The position numbers and the translations under genes were made by a program. The notes under the pieces are model-generated. The model made no database searches. It was not told the origin of the DNA and saw nothing but the letters and a program-made list of their open reading frames with translations. From Elusimicrobiales bacterium (lineage in GTDB: Bacteria; Elusimicrobiota; Elusimicrobia; Elusimicrobiales; UBA9959): a stretch of DNA of 64,000 nt. Shown here piece by piece: positions 38,461 through 47,821 of this stretch (position 1 is its first letter; each line of letters begins with the position of its first letter). The stretch covers positions 665 through 64,664 of the forward strand of contig JBAYJD010000009.1 of the NCBI GenBank assembly GCA_041665305.1, in the 5' to 3' direction.

Positions 38461-40080
38461 ATGACCGACTGGACGCGCAGGCGGAGCTTCGCCATTATTT
38501 CCCATCCCGACGCCGGTAAGACCACGCTTACCGAGAAGATGCTGCTTTATGGCGGAGCCCTCCATTTGGCCGGCTCGGTCACGGCCCGCAAGAACCAGCG
38601 CTCCACTGCCTCGGACTGGCTGGAGATGGAAAAAAAGCGCGGCATTTCCATAAGCTCCACCGTTCTCCAGTTCGACTGCGCAGGATACCGGGTGAATCTG
38701 CTGGATACCCCCGGTCACCGCGATTTTTCCGAAGACACTTACCGGGTCCTGACCGCCGTGGACGCCGTTATTATGGTCATTGACGCCGGCAAAGGCATAG
38801 AGAGCCAGACCCGCAAACTTTTTGAGGTTTGCCGCCAGCGTGGGATCCCAATTTTTACATTCATGAACAAGCTCGACCGTCCCACAAGGGAGCCTTTGGA
38901 ACTTATGGACGAGCTGGAGGAAATTCTGGACCTGCGCCCCTTCGCGATGAACTGGCCGATCGGCACAGGAGTGGATTTTAAGGGCGTTTACGACCGCAGG
39001 ACCCGGCAGGCGCATTTGTTCGAGCATACTCCCGGCGGAGCGTACCGGGCCCCGGAAGAGGTCGGGGATCGCTCGGCCGCGGCCATCCGAGAACGGTTGA
39101 GCGCGCCGGTCCTGTCGCAGTTCCTGGAGGAAGTAGAGATGCTGGACTCGGTCGGGACGGTTTTTGACCGCGACGCGGTGCTGGCCGGCGTTGCTACCCC
39201 CGTTTTTTTCGGCAGCGCGTCCAATAATTTCGGAGTCCAACTGCTGCTTGACGGGTTTCTTTCTCTCGCGCCTGCCCCCGCGGCCCATCGTTGCGAGAAG
39301 GGCAGTATCCGGCCGGATAACCCCGCTTTTTCGGGTTTTATTTTTAAGATCCAGGGGAACATGGACCCTAAACACCGCGACCATGTGGCTTTTCTGCGCG
39401 TCTGTTCCGGAAAATTTGCCAGGGATATGTCGGTGACCCATCAGCGGACCAAACGGCGTGTGCGCCTTTCCAATTCCCACAAGTTGTTCGGGCAGGAGCG
39501 CGAGATCATGAACGAGGCCTGGCCGGGAGACATAATCGGGCTGATCGGTCATCCGGATTTTCTTATAGGAGACACCCTGTCCGAGGATCCGGCCATCACC
39601 TACAATGAGATCCCCCGGTTTCCGCCCGAATGTTTTTCCCTGCTCCATAACCCGACGCCGGCGCAGTATAAATCCTTCCGCAAAGGCCTGGACCAGATCC
39701 TGACCGAGGGGATAGTGCAGCGATTCTGGCTCTCGGACGACCCCAACCAGTCGCCGCTGCTGGCCGCGGTGGGGCCGCTTCAATTCGAGGTCGCTCAATA
39801 CCGGCTTAAAGGCGAATACGGCGCCGAGTCCCGTCTTGAGCCGCTCCCCTGGACGCATGTCCGGTGGCCGGAGTCCAAAGATCCGGCGCGGGAAGTCCGC
39901 GGGCTTTCTTTGCCCATCGGCGCGCGCTGGGGGCACGACGATGCCCAAAACCCGGTCATCTTTTTCCAGGACGCCTGGGCGCCCAATTATTTATGCCAGC
40001 AGAATCCGCACATTCTCCTCAACGACTTCGCTCCCCGCGACCGGGATAAAGCCCGGGCTTTCTCCCGTCCGGGCAAATAA
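38461..40080 (+). CDS. prfC: Peptide chain release factor 3
   Basis: RRSFAIISHPDAGKTTLTEK, SDWLEMEKKRGIS, DTPGHRDFSEDTYR, FKIQGNMDPKHRD, AVGPLQFEV. Confidence 0.97.
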   Translation: MTDWTRRRSFAIISHPDAGKTTLTEKMLLYGGALHLAGSVTARKNQRSTASDWLEMEKKRGISISSTVLQFDCAGYRVNLLDTPGHRDFSEDTYRVLTAVDAVIMVIDAGKGIESQTRKLFEVCRQRGIPIFTFMNKLDRPTREPLELMDELEEILDLRPFAMNWPIGTGVDFKGVYDRRTRQAHLFEHTPGGAYRAPEEVGDRSAAAIRERLSAPVLSQFLEEVEMLDSVGTVFDRDAVLAGVATPVFFGSASNNFGVQLLLDGFLSLAPAPAAHRCEKGSIRPDNPAFSGFIFKIQGNMDPKHRDHVAFLRVCSGKFARDMSVTHQRTKRRVRLSNSHKLFGQEREIMNEAWPGDIIGLIGHPDFLIGDTLSEDPAITYNEIPRFPPECFSLLHNPTPAQYKSFRKGLDQILTEGIVQRFWLSDDPNQSPLLAAVGPLQFEVAQYRLKGEYGAESRLEPLPWTHVRWPESKDPAREVRGLSLPIGARWGHDDAQNPVIFFQDAWAPNYLCQQNPHILLNDFAPRDRDKARAFSRPGK

Positions 40081-40144
40081 ACAACCCCCTATTTTATTTT
40101 AACCAAAGCTTCCGCTCGACTTGCTACAATATTGCCGGGGCAGC

Positions 40145-41116
40145 ATGAGAAACAGGACTCTTTTAATTACTTGCCTGCTGATCGCTTCGATCGCCGCTAT
40201 AGCGGCGCTTGCGGTTTTTCGCCGTTCCACCGCAGTGGCTCCGGCCGGAGCGCGCAGGCTTAAAGTGGTGGCAACTATCTTCCCTCTTTATGATATGGCC
40301 CGTTTTATCGGCGGCGGCAAGGCCGAGGTCTCGCTGCTTCTGCCGCCGGGAGTGGAGGCTCATTCGTTCGAACCCAAGCCGGGCGATATGGCGCGGATAA
40401 GCGAAGCTGATATTTTTATCTATACCGGAAAATTCATGGAGCCGTGGGCGGAGGACCTTATCAAAGGCGTCGCCGCCGGAGGCTTGCTGGCGGTCGATGC
40501 CGGGCGGGGGATAAAACTTATGCGTGAGCCCGGCCAGGAACGGGGGAAATCGGAGGCCGCGCCGGACCCGCATATCTGGCTGGATTTTGATAACGCCAAA
40601 GCGATGGCCGGGAATATCGCGGCGGCTTTCGAGGCCAAGGACCCCGCCGGCAGGGAAGCTTACCGCCGGGCCTATGCTGCTTACGAAAGGGGGCTGTCCG
40701 CGCTCGACGCCGCTTATGCATCCGGACTTTCCGCGTGCCGGACCAGGGAAATAATTTACGGCGGACATTACGCCTTCGGTTATCCGGCCCGCCGCTACGG
40801 CCTCAAATATCTGGCGGCCCAGGGCCTCTCGCCGGATTCCGAGCCCACGGCCAGGGACCTTGCCGCCCTGGTGGAGCAGGTGAAAAAAGACGGGGTAAAA
40901 TTTATTTTTTACGAGGAGCTGGCAAGCCCCAGGATAGCCGGAACGGTCGCGTCCGAGACCGGAGCCGAAATGCTGCCTTTGAGCGCCGCGCATAACCTCA
41001 CCAGGGAACAGCTCTCGCGCGGGGTTTCTTTCTTTGATATACTTCAGAGCGATCTGGAAAGTTTAAAGACTGGCCTTGAGTGCCGCAGGTTACGGATCGA
41101 CCAGGGTAAACCATGA
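40145..41116 (+). CDS. znuA: Zn/Mn ABC transporter substrate-binding protein
   Basis: EAHSFEP, DPHIWLD, HYAFGY, SEPTA. Confidence 0.88.
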   Translation: MRNRTLLITCLLIASIAAIAALAVFRRSTAVAPAGARRLKVVATIFPLYDMARFIGGGKAEVSLLLPPGVEAHSFEPKPGDMARISEADIFIYTGKFMEPWAEDLIKGVAAGGLLAVDAGRGIKLMREPGQERGKSEAAPDPHIWLDFDNAKAMAGNIAAAFEAKDPAGREAYRRAYAAYERGLSALDAAYASGLSACRTREIIYGGHYAFGYPARRYGLKYLAAQGLSPDSEPTARDLAALVEQVKKDGVKFIFYEELASPRIAGTVASETGAEMLPLSAAHNLTREQLSRGVSFFDILQSDLESLKTGLECRRLRIDQGKP

Positions 41117-41862
41117 CCACGATCTTATCGGTAAAAAACATGTCCTTAAGATATGACGCCGAGGAAGTCCTGCGCGATGTCAGCTTTACCGTCCAGAAGG
41201 GGGATTATATCGGTCTGGCCGGACCAAACGGCGCGGGCAAGACCACGCTTATAAAAGCGATCCTGGGTCTGACCGATAAATATACGGGCGCGGTCGAATT
41301 GTTCGGCCGTGAGATGCGCGGTTTTGATTCCTGGGACCGCGTCGGTTATCTGCCGCAGAGGGTGAATGCTTTCAATCCCCTGTTCCCGGCCACGGTCAAG
41401 GAAGTCGTCGGCCTCGGACTGCTCTCAAAAAAGCGGTTTCCAAAGCGTTTCACCAAGGACGACGCGGCCAGGATCCGGGAAGCCCTGGAACTTATGGGCA
41501 TAGCGGACCTTGGAGAGAAACTGGTGGGAGAACTCTCAGGCGGACAGCAGCAGCGCGTCTTTCTGGCCAGGGCGCTGGCCCCCGACCCGGAACTGCTCAT
41601 CCTGGATGAGCCCAGTACGGCGCTGGATCCGATTTCCCGCGAAGGGTTCTACGACATTATAAAAAAACTGAACGAACAAAAAGGCATTACCAGCATCCTT
41701 ATAACGCATGATACGGCGCAGATAGGGCGTTACGCCAACAAGCTCCTGTATCTGGATAAAGAGATAATTTTTTACGGACCTTTTTCGGATTTCTGCCGGT
41801 CGCAGGAAATGACCGGCTATTTCGGCACTTATTCTCAGCACCTTATATGCCATCAGCATTGA
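41113..41862 (+). CDS. znuC: Zn/Mn ABC transporter ATPase
   Basis: GPNGAGKTT, GYLPQ, LSGGQQQRV, LDEP. Confidence 0.9.
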   Translation: MTTILSVKNMSLRYDAEEVLRDVSFTVQKGDYIGLAGPNGAGKTTLIKAILGLTDKYTGAVELFGREMRGFDSWDRVGYLPQRVNAFNPLFPATVKEVVGLGLLSKKRFPKRFTKDDAARIREALELMGIADLGEKLVGELSGGQQQRVFLARALAPDPELLILDEPSTALDPISREGFYDIIKKLNEQKGITSILITHDTAQIGRYANKLLYLDKEIIFYGPFSDFCRSQEMTGYFGTYSQHLICHQH

Positions 41863-41923
41863 TCCGCAAATTGCGGCGCAATTTTGCGGATCGATCCAAA
41901 AGATGGGCAAAGGACGCCGGGTA

Positions 41924-42742
41924 ATGGGAACGATGTTTCATTTCTTAAGTTACGGGTTCATCCAGCGGGCTTATTTGGCCGGCGCCTTTATCGGCGCGCT
42001 GTGCGCCATGCTGGGGTTGTTTTTGGTGCTGCGCAAACTGTCTCTTATCGGCGACGGCTTGTCCCATGTCAGTTTCGGAGCTATCGCCCTGGGGCTCTTT
42101 TTCGGTTTTTATCCCTTTTATGTCGCCATCCCCGTGGCGCTTATAGCTTCTTACTTTATTTTAAAACTTACCGAAAAGGCTAAAATGTACGGCGATGCCG
42201 CCATAGGCATAGTTTCCTCGGTCGGCATAGCCGGCGGAGTCATCCTGGCCGGACTTTCAAGAGGGTTCAATGTCGATCTGTTCAGCTATCTTTTCGGCAA
42301 TATTCTGGCGATAAGCGTGCGCGAGGTATACCTGTCCATAGGACTGTCCCTGGCCGTCCTGCTTGTGATAGTGTTCTTTTATAACGACCTGTTCTCGGCC
42401 ACCTTCGACCAGGAATACGCCAGGCTTACCGGGGTAAGGACCGCCCGCATCAACCTGCTTCTGGCCTCGCTTACCGCCGTAACGGTCGTTTTGGCGATCA
42501 AAGTGGTCGGCATTATGCTGGTCTCGGCCCTTCTTATCCTGCCGGCCGTCACCGCGCTGCAGCTTGCCAAAGGTTTCAAGGCCGCCATGTTCATCTCCGT
42601 CCTGACGGCCGTTATTTCGGTGTTTATCGGTATAACGGTATCTTTTTTTATGGACCTGCCCGCCGGCGCCACGATCGTCCTGTGCAATGTGATGTTTTTC
42701 TCCGCCGCCCTGCTGTTCAAGAACCTGAAAGGTTATAAATAA
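41924..42742 (+). CDS. znuB: Zn/Mn ABC transporter permease (start uncertain)
   Basis: GDGLSHVSF, LFSYLFGNIL, VGIMLVSALLILP. Confidence 0.9.
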   Translation: MGTMFHFLSYGFIQRAYLAGAFIGALCAMLGLFLVLRKLSLIGDGLSHVSFGAIALGLFFGFYPFYVAIPVALIASYFILKLTEKAKMYGDAAIGIVSSVGIAGGVILAGLSRGFNVDLFSYLFGNILAISVREVYLSIGLSLAVLLVIVFFYNDLFSATFDQEYARLTGVRTARINLLLASLTAVTVVLAIKVVGIMLVSALLILPAVTALQLAKGFKAAMFISVLTAVISVFIGITVSFFMDLPAGATIVLCNVMFFSAALLFKNLKGYK

Positions 42743-42775
42743 AAATACCGGACCTTTTTCGTGGAGAAAAAGGTC

Positions 42776-42863
42776 CGGAGAGGAAGGGATTCGAACCCTT
42801 GAAACCCTTTGGGGATTTACAGACTTTCCAGGTCTGCGCCTTCAACCACTCGGCCACCTCTCC
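42776..42863 (-). tRNA. tRNA-Ser(GGA), CCA not encoded
   Basis: ggagagg/cctctcc-g; cagac-ctGGAaa-gtctg; ggttcgaatcc. Confidence 0.93.
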
Positions 42864-43175
42864 ATCTCTGTCGCACCCCGCGCTGAATGCGCGGGGCGGA
42901 TTGCCGCCGGGCTTTGATAAGGTGGCGCCCGGTGCTCCACAAGGGGGGCTCTCGGCACCCCTTCCCGGGGATTTGCCACAGGGGACACCGCATTGCGGTT
43001 TCCCCTACCCCCCGTTACATCGTCGCTTGCTCCCTGCGCTTCGCTTGGTCGCCGCGCTGAACCCCTCGAAGCGGAAATCTCTTCACTAAAAAGGAACCAG
43101 TCCTTCTCCACCTGTCGCACCCCGTGCTGAATGCGCGGGGCGGATTGCTGCCGGACCTCTAATGGAAGTCGGTCC
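42864..43175 (-). repeat. tRNA leader element copies B (42864-42910) and C (43112-43175) flanking a structured spacer
   Basis: ctgtcgcaccccg(c/t)gctgaatgcgcggggcggattgc(c/t)gccgg occurs twice. Confidence 0.8.
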
Positions 43176-43244
43176 GATGCGTTATATCATCCTGGCTTAC
43201 ACGATATTTTTTGAAAAAGGCGCCGGCCTTTTTCAAAAAATATA

Positions 43245-43328
43245 TGGTTGGGGAAGGATTCGAACCTTCGTAGGACATAGTCCGCTGGTTTTACAGACCA
43301 GTGCATTTGACCGCTCTGCCACCCAACC
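43245..43328 (-). tRNA. tRNA-Tyr(GUA), CCA not encoded
   Basis: ggttggg/cccaacc-a; ctggt-ctGTAaa-accag; ggttcgaatcc. Confidence 0.94.
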
Positions 43329-43377
43329 TCTGTCGCACCCCGATCGCACTGCAAAGCGATCGGGGCGAATAACGCCG
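43329..43377 (-). repeat. tRNA 5'-leader element, copy D
   Basis: Near-identical to copy A with a compensatory A-T to G-C stem change. Confidence 0.8.
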
Positions 43378-43622
43378 AGCTTAATATCGAATAGTATAGC
43401 AAAAAAATAAATCCCGGGCACTTTTACCGGAATAAAAACAGCTATTCCTCATCCGAATAGCGCGTGATTGCCGGGAAATTCCCTCCGACTCAGGCATCGG
43501 GTCCGTAAAAGTTGTATAATCTACTAAGGAGTATTAATAAAACTTATATTTATTTGCCTCACGGAAAAAAGGAGCTTGAGCGAGAAAAGGATTTTTTCGC
43601 TCAACTCCGGACTGGAGAATGT

Positions 43623-43856
43623 ATGTGCATCGCCGTGCCGGGAAAAATCTTATCTATAGAAAAAAATACCGCCGAAGTTAACTTCAGCGGCGTCGGGAGA
43701 AAAGTGGCCCTTGATCTTGTGCCCGGCGCCCGGACGGGGGATTATGTGCTTGTCCACGCGGGGTTCGCCATACAAGTGCTGGAGGAAGCCGAAGCGGAAG
43801 AGACGCTTAAACTTTTTGAGGAGATCTACAGCCGTGAAGACCTTAAAAGGTTCTAA
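43623..43856 (+). CDS. hypC: Hydrogenase maturation chaperone HypC
   Basis: MCIAVPGKI, GDYVLVHAGFAI. Confidence 0.95.
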   Translation: MCIAVPGKILSIEKNTAEVNFSGVGRKVALDLVPGARTGDYVLVHAGFAIQVLEEAEAEETLKLFEEIYSREDLKRF

Positions 43857-44964
43857 CCGCTTTAATTCCCCGCTCTGGCGCGATAAGGATCTGGCGGCTT
43901 CGGCGCTGAAGGAGATGGCGCGCCTTACCGCCCTGGCCGTAGCTCGGACGGGCAGGGCCGCGGCCCTCATGGAAGTCTGCGGTTCCCATACCATGGCCAT
44001 AGCGGCCAGCGGCATGCGGCGGCTTTTCCCCGAGGGACTTAAGATGCTTTCCGGTCCCGGCTGCCCCGTCTGCGTCACGGCCCAGGGGGATATAGATCTG
44101 ATCTTGGAACTGGCCGCCGCGCCTGGCGTGACCATCGCGACCTTCGGCGATATGCTCAAGGTCAGGGGCTCAAACGGCCTGGACCTGCATTCGCTCCGGG
44201 AAAGGGGGGCGAGCGTGAGCGTGGTCTACTCTCCCCTGGACGCCGTAGAACTGGCCCGGCAAGAGCCGGGACGGCAGGTGGTTTTCGTGGGAGTGGGCTT
44301 TGAGACCACGGCGCCGGTGATAGCGGGCGCCGTGATGCGCGCCAAGGCCGAAAAGGTCCGGAACTTTTCCGTGATACCGCTTTTTAAACTGGTCCCTCCC
44401 GCGCTGGAGCTCCTGCTGAAGGATCCCGGCCATAATATTTCCGGGTTCATGCTGCCGGGGCATGTCAGCGCGATCATAGGGCTCGCGCCTTACAGGTTCG
44501 TGGCGGAGAAATACTCCGTGCCGTGCGTGGTCACCGGCTTTGAACCGCTGGATATCCTTACCGGCATAAACATGCTGCTGAGGCAGATCGTTTCCGGCGG
44601 GCCTGCGGTGGAGGACGAGTATTCCAGGGCCGTCAAAGCCGAAGGAAATCTCCGGGCGCAGGAGCTCATGAGGGAAGTTTTCGCCGTTACCGGCGCCCGC
44701 TGGCGTTCCATCGGCCTTATCAAAAGGTCGGGACTCGGCTTCAGCGCGGCTTTTTCGGAGTTCGACTCCGTGAAACGGTTTAAATTGTCTTATCGCGCCG
44801 CGCCGGAGCCGAAAGGCTGCATCTGCGGCCCGATCCTTCTGGGCAAGGCCGTCCCGGCGGATTGTAAACTGTTCGGCCGCGCCTGCACTCCGGCCAACGC
44901 CGTGGGCCCGTGCATGGTCTCTTCGGAAGGCGCGTGCGCGGCCTGGTTCAAGTACGGAGGATAA
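43834..44964 (+). CDS. hypD: Hydrogenase maturation protein HypD
   Basis: MEVCGSHT, GPGCPVC, GFETT, PGHVS, GPCMVSSEGAC. Confidence 0.96.
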   Translation: MKTLKGSNRFNSPLWRDKDLAASALKEMARLTALAVARTGRAAALMEVCGSHTMAIAASGMRRLFPEGLKMLSGPGCPVCVTAQGDIDLILELAAAPGVTIATFGDMLKVRGSNGLDLHSLRERGASVSVVYSPLDAVELARQEPGRQVVFVGVGFETTAPVIAGAVMRAKAEKVRNFSVIPLFKLVPPALELLLKDPGHNISGFMLPGHVSAIIGLAPYRFVAEKYSVPCVVTGFEPLDILTGINMLLRQIVSGGPAVEDEYSRAVKAEGNLRAQELMREVFAVTGARWRSIGLIKRSGLGFSAAFSEFDSVKRFKLSYRAAPEPKGCICGPILLGKAVPADCKLFGRACTPANAVGPCMVSSEGACAAWFKYGG

Positions 44965-45875
44965 TGAACATCGAAACTTTAAAGGTTTTCAGGGACCTGG
45001 TAGATACCGGGAGCTTTTCAAAGACCGCGGAGCTTAATTATATCTCCCAGTCCGCCGTCAGCCAGCAGGTGAAAAAACTGGAACTCGTCCTCAAGTGCAG
45101 GCTGTTCAGCAGGCTGGCCAACAAGATCCTTCTCACGCCCTGCGGCGAGAAGTTCTACGAAACCTCCAAAAAAATAGTGCTTCTTTACGAGAACTCGATG
45201 GTTTCCATCAAGCAGCTCGCGGCTTCCAAAACGACCGAGGAAATTAAGATCTCCACCATTTACAGCGCGGGGGTCTACCTGCTGCAGGGTTATATCCGCA
45301 AATTCATGGCCGCCCATCCCAACACCAAGGTCAGCGTCGAATACAGGCGGTTTTCGCAGATCCAGGGCGACATAGTTTCCGGCCGAGCCGATTTCGGCAT
45401 TATGGCCTGCCCTTACCGCAAGCTGCAGGGCATCACCATGCTTCCGATCGGGGACGACGAGATGGTGTTGCTTACCGCCATGTCCGACAAGCTGGCGCGC
45501 AAACGCCAGGTGGGCGTGCGCGAGGTCGACGGGCTCGACTTCATCTTCTTCGACAAGGTTTTCCCGTCCAGGAAATACGTGGATGATTTCTTCAAAAAAC
45601 ACTCCGTTAAGGTGAATATCAAGATGGAACTGGATAACATCGAAACCATCAAGACCGCGGTCTCCTCAGGAGTGGGGCTTTCCATCCTGCCTCTGTCCTC
45701 GGTGCGGGAGGAGGAGCGGGAAACCAAGATGCATATAGCGCGGTTTACCGACGCCGAGGTCTCAAGACCCCTGTATCTTATCTACAACAAGTCGCGCAAA
45801 CTGCCCGCTTCGGCCAAAGCCTTCCTGGAAATACTCCAGAAACATCCGGCGCCGGCTGCGGCCGCCGGGGCTTGA
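44964..45875 (+). CDS. LysR family transcriptional regulator
   Basis: SFSKTAELNYISQSAVSQQVKKLE HTH; TAATG coupling with hypD. Confidence 0.93.
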   Translation: MNIETLKVFRDLVDTGSFSKTAELNYISQSAVSQQVKKLELVLKCRLFSRLANKILLTPCGEKFYETSKKIVLLYENSMVSIKQLAASKTTEEIKISTIYSAGVYLLQGYIRKFMAAHPNTKVSVEYRRFSQIQGDIVSGRADFGIMACPYRKLQGITMLPIGDDEMVLLTAMSDKLARKRQVGVREVDGLDFIFFDKVFPSRKYVDDFFKKHSVKVNIKMELDNIETIKTAVSSGVGLSILPLSSVREEERETKMHIARFTDAEVSRPLYLIYNKSRKLPASAKAFLEILQKHPAPAAAAGA

Positions 45876-45888
45876 AAAAGGATCTTCC

Positions 45889-46902
45889 ATGATGATAGAA
45901 AAAACTGTAAAGCTCGGCCACGGCAGCGGCGGACGCATGACGCACGAGCTTATCGAGCGTCTGTTCCTCAAAGCTTTTTTTAATCCCGCCCTGGCGCCCC
46001 TTGAGGATTCCGCCGAGGTCCGGGCGGGAAAAGAACGCCTCGCGTTCACCACCGATTCATATGTGGTGGACCCGCTCAGCTTCCCCGGAGCGGACATCGG
46101 CCGCCTTGCCGTCTGCGGGACCGTGAACGATCTGGCGGTAAAAGGGGCGAAACCTCTGGCCCTCTCGGCTGCTTTTATCATAGAGGAGGGATTCTCCGTC
46201 GCCCTGCTGGAAGACCTGGCAGGCTCCATGAAAAAAGCCGCCCGCGAAGCCGGCGTCCTTATCGTGACCGGGGATACGAAGGTGGTTGAAAAAGGCAAAG
46301 CCGACAAGCTTTTTATCAATACCTCCGGAGTGGGAATCATTCCCGCTGGGCGCAGGCTTTCTTCCGCTTCCATACGGCCCGGGGATGCCGTTATCCTGAG
46401 CGGCCGTCTGGCCGACCACGGAGTGGCCGTCATGAACGCCCGCAACCGCCTTGGGTTTTCCGGCGATATTAAAAGCGACGCCGCGCCCCTGAACGCCATG
46501 ATAGGCCGGGCTCTCAGGGCTTCCGAGAGGATCAGGGCCATCCGCGATCTTACCCGGGGGGGGCTTGGCACCGTTTTGAACGAGGCCGCCGGGGCCTGCC
46601 GCGCCTCGATAGAAATAGACGAAACGGCGGTCCCGGTAAAACCCGCCGTGGAGAACGCCTGCCGTCTGCTGGGTCTCGATCCGCTCTATGTCGCTAATGA
46701 AGGTAAGGCCGTTTTTTTTGCGGCGGCGCCGGACGCGGAGAAGATAGTCGCGGCCTTGCGCGCCGGCGATTACGGACGCGAAGCCTGCGTTATAGGGCGG
46801 GTCGTGAAGGATTCCAAGCCCCAGGTGCGCCTTAACACCGCCATCGGGGGGACCCGCCTTGTTATGATGCTGGAAGGCGAACAGCTGCCGAGGATCTGTT
46901 AA
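45889..46902 (+). CDS. hypE: Hydrogenase maturation protein HypE
   Basis: HGSGG, TTDSYVV, GTVNDL, TGDTKVV, RDLTRGG, ANEG, C-terminal PRIC. Confidence 0.97.
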   Translation: MMIEKTVKLGHGSGGRMTHELIERLFLKAFFNPALAPLEDSAEVRAGKERLAFTTDSYVVDPLSFPGADIGRLAVCGTVNDLAVKGAKPLALSAAFIIEEGFSVALLEDLAGSMKKAAREAGVLIVTGDTKVVEKGKADKLFINTSGVGIIPAGRRLSSASIRPGDAVILSGRLADHGVAVMNARNRLGFSGDIKSDAAPLNAMIGRALRASERIRAIRDLTRGGLGTVLNEAAGACRASIEIDETAVPVKPAVENACRLLGLDPLYVANEGKAVFFAAAPDAEKIVAALRAGDYGREACVIGRVVKDSKPQVRLNTAIGGTRLVMMLEGEQLPRIC

Positions 46903-46964
46903 CCTGGGGCCTGCTATTCAATACGGTTTTCATTTAGAGGATCGTGGGATAAAAACATCGAATA

Positions 46965-47774
46965 ATGAAAAAATTTTTGTTCTGGGTCCTTAGTTTTATA
47001 ATTACGGTGTTATTCGCCGTCTTCCAGCGCCTTACCGGGCCGACCTATCCCGTGAAGGGTGGGCTTGCGGCGGACGGGGGCGTCCGCGTTTCGTTCCGCC
47101 TGCCCAGGAGCTGTACCATCGCCGAACGGAACTGTCTCATCGAAATAAGATCGCCCGAAAGGATAAAAGGTTATCTTTCCTGGCGGCGTTATCGCACCGA
47201 CGACGCCTGGACCGAAATTCCGATGGCATACGGGGAAGGCTCCCTTTCAGCGCTTCTCCCGGATGCTCCGCCCGCCGGGAAGCTTGAGTACCGGGTCTTT
47301 ATAAAACAAAAAAAAGGCGACCTCGAACTGTCGCCTGTCCCGGTTGTCGCCAGGTTCAAGAGGCATGTCCCGGCCGCGATCCTTGCGCCGCATATCTTGT
47401 TCATGTTCATGTTCATGCTTTTTTCGGTCCGTATCTTCATCACGGTTTTTACTATGGATACGGTGATAAAACATGCGGTCATTTTGAACGTTCTTTTTCT
47501 GCTGCTGGGCGGATTCCTCCTGGGCCCGCTGACGCAGTTCCACGCTTTCGGGGTGTATTGGACCGGCTGGCCGCTGGGCCATGACCTTACCGATAATAAA
47601 ACCCTTGTCATGCTGGCGTTCTGGCTGGCCGCCCTTTACGCGGTCTTCAGGGCGAAAAGGTTCAAACCGTGGCTTCTGGCCGCTTTTGTCGTTACCGCGG
47701 TGGTCTACCTGGTGCCCCACAGCCTGTTCGGCAGCGAACTGGATTATTCGAAAGCGGACGCCGCGCAAAAATAG
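46965..47774 (+). CDS. Membrane protein of unknown function
   Basis: N-terminal TM, soluble Ig-like stretch (PPAGKLEY), four C-terminal TMs, WTGWP.GHDLTDNK. Confidence 0.7.
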   Translation: MKKFLFWVLSFIITVLFAVFQRLTGPTYPVKGGLAADGGVRVSFRLPRSCTIAERNCLIEIRSPERIKGYLSWRRYRTDDAWTEIPMAYGEGSLSALLPDAPPAGKLEYRVFIKQKKGDLELSPVPVVARFKRHVPAAILAPHILFMFMFMLFSVRIFITVFTMDTVIKHAVILNVLFLLLGGFLLGPLTQFHAFGVYWTGWPLGHDLTDNKTLVMLAFWLAALYAVFRAKRFKPWLLAAFVVTAVVYLVPHSLFGSELDYSKADAAQK

Positions 47775-47821
47775 GCAATGTCGTCTTACGACATTTTATT
47801 AAACCCTGTCCATCAATTATC

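Noticed and set aside
38230..39948. 572-aa minus-strand ORF
   Set aside because: Antisense shadow of prfC
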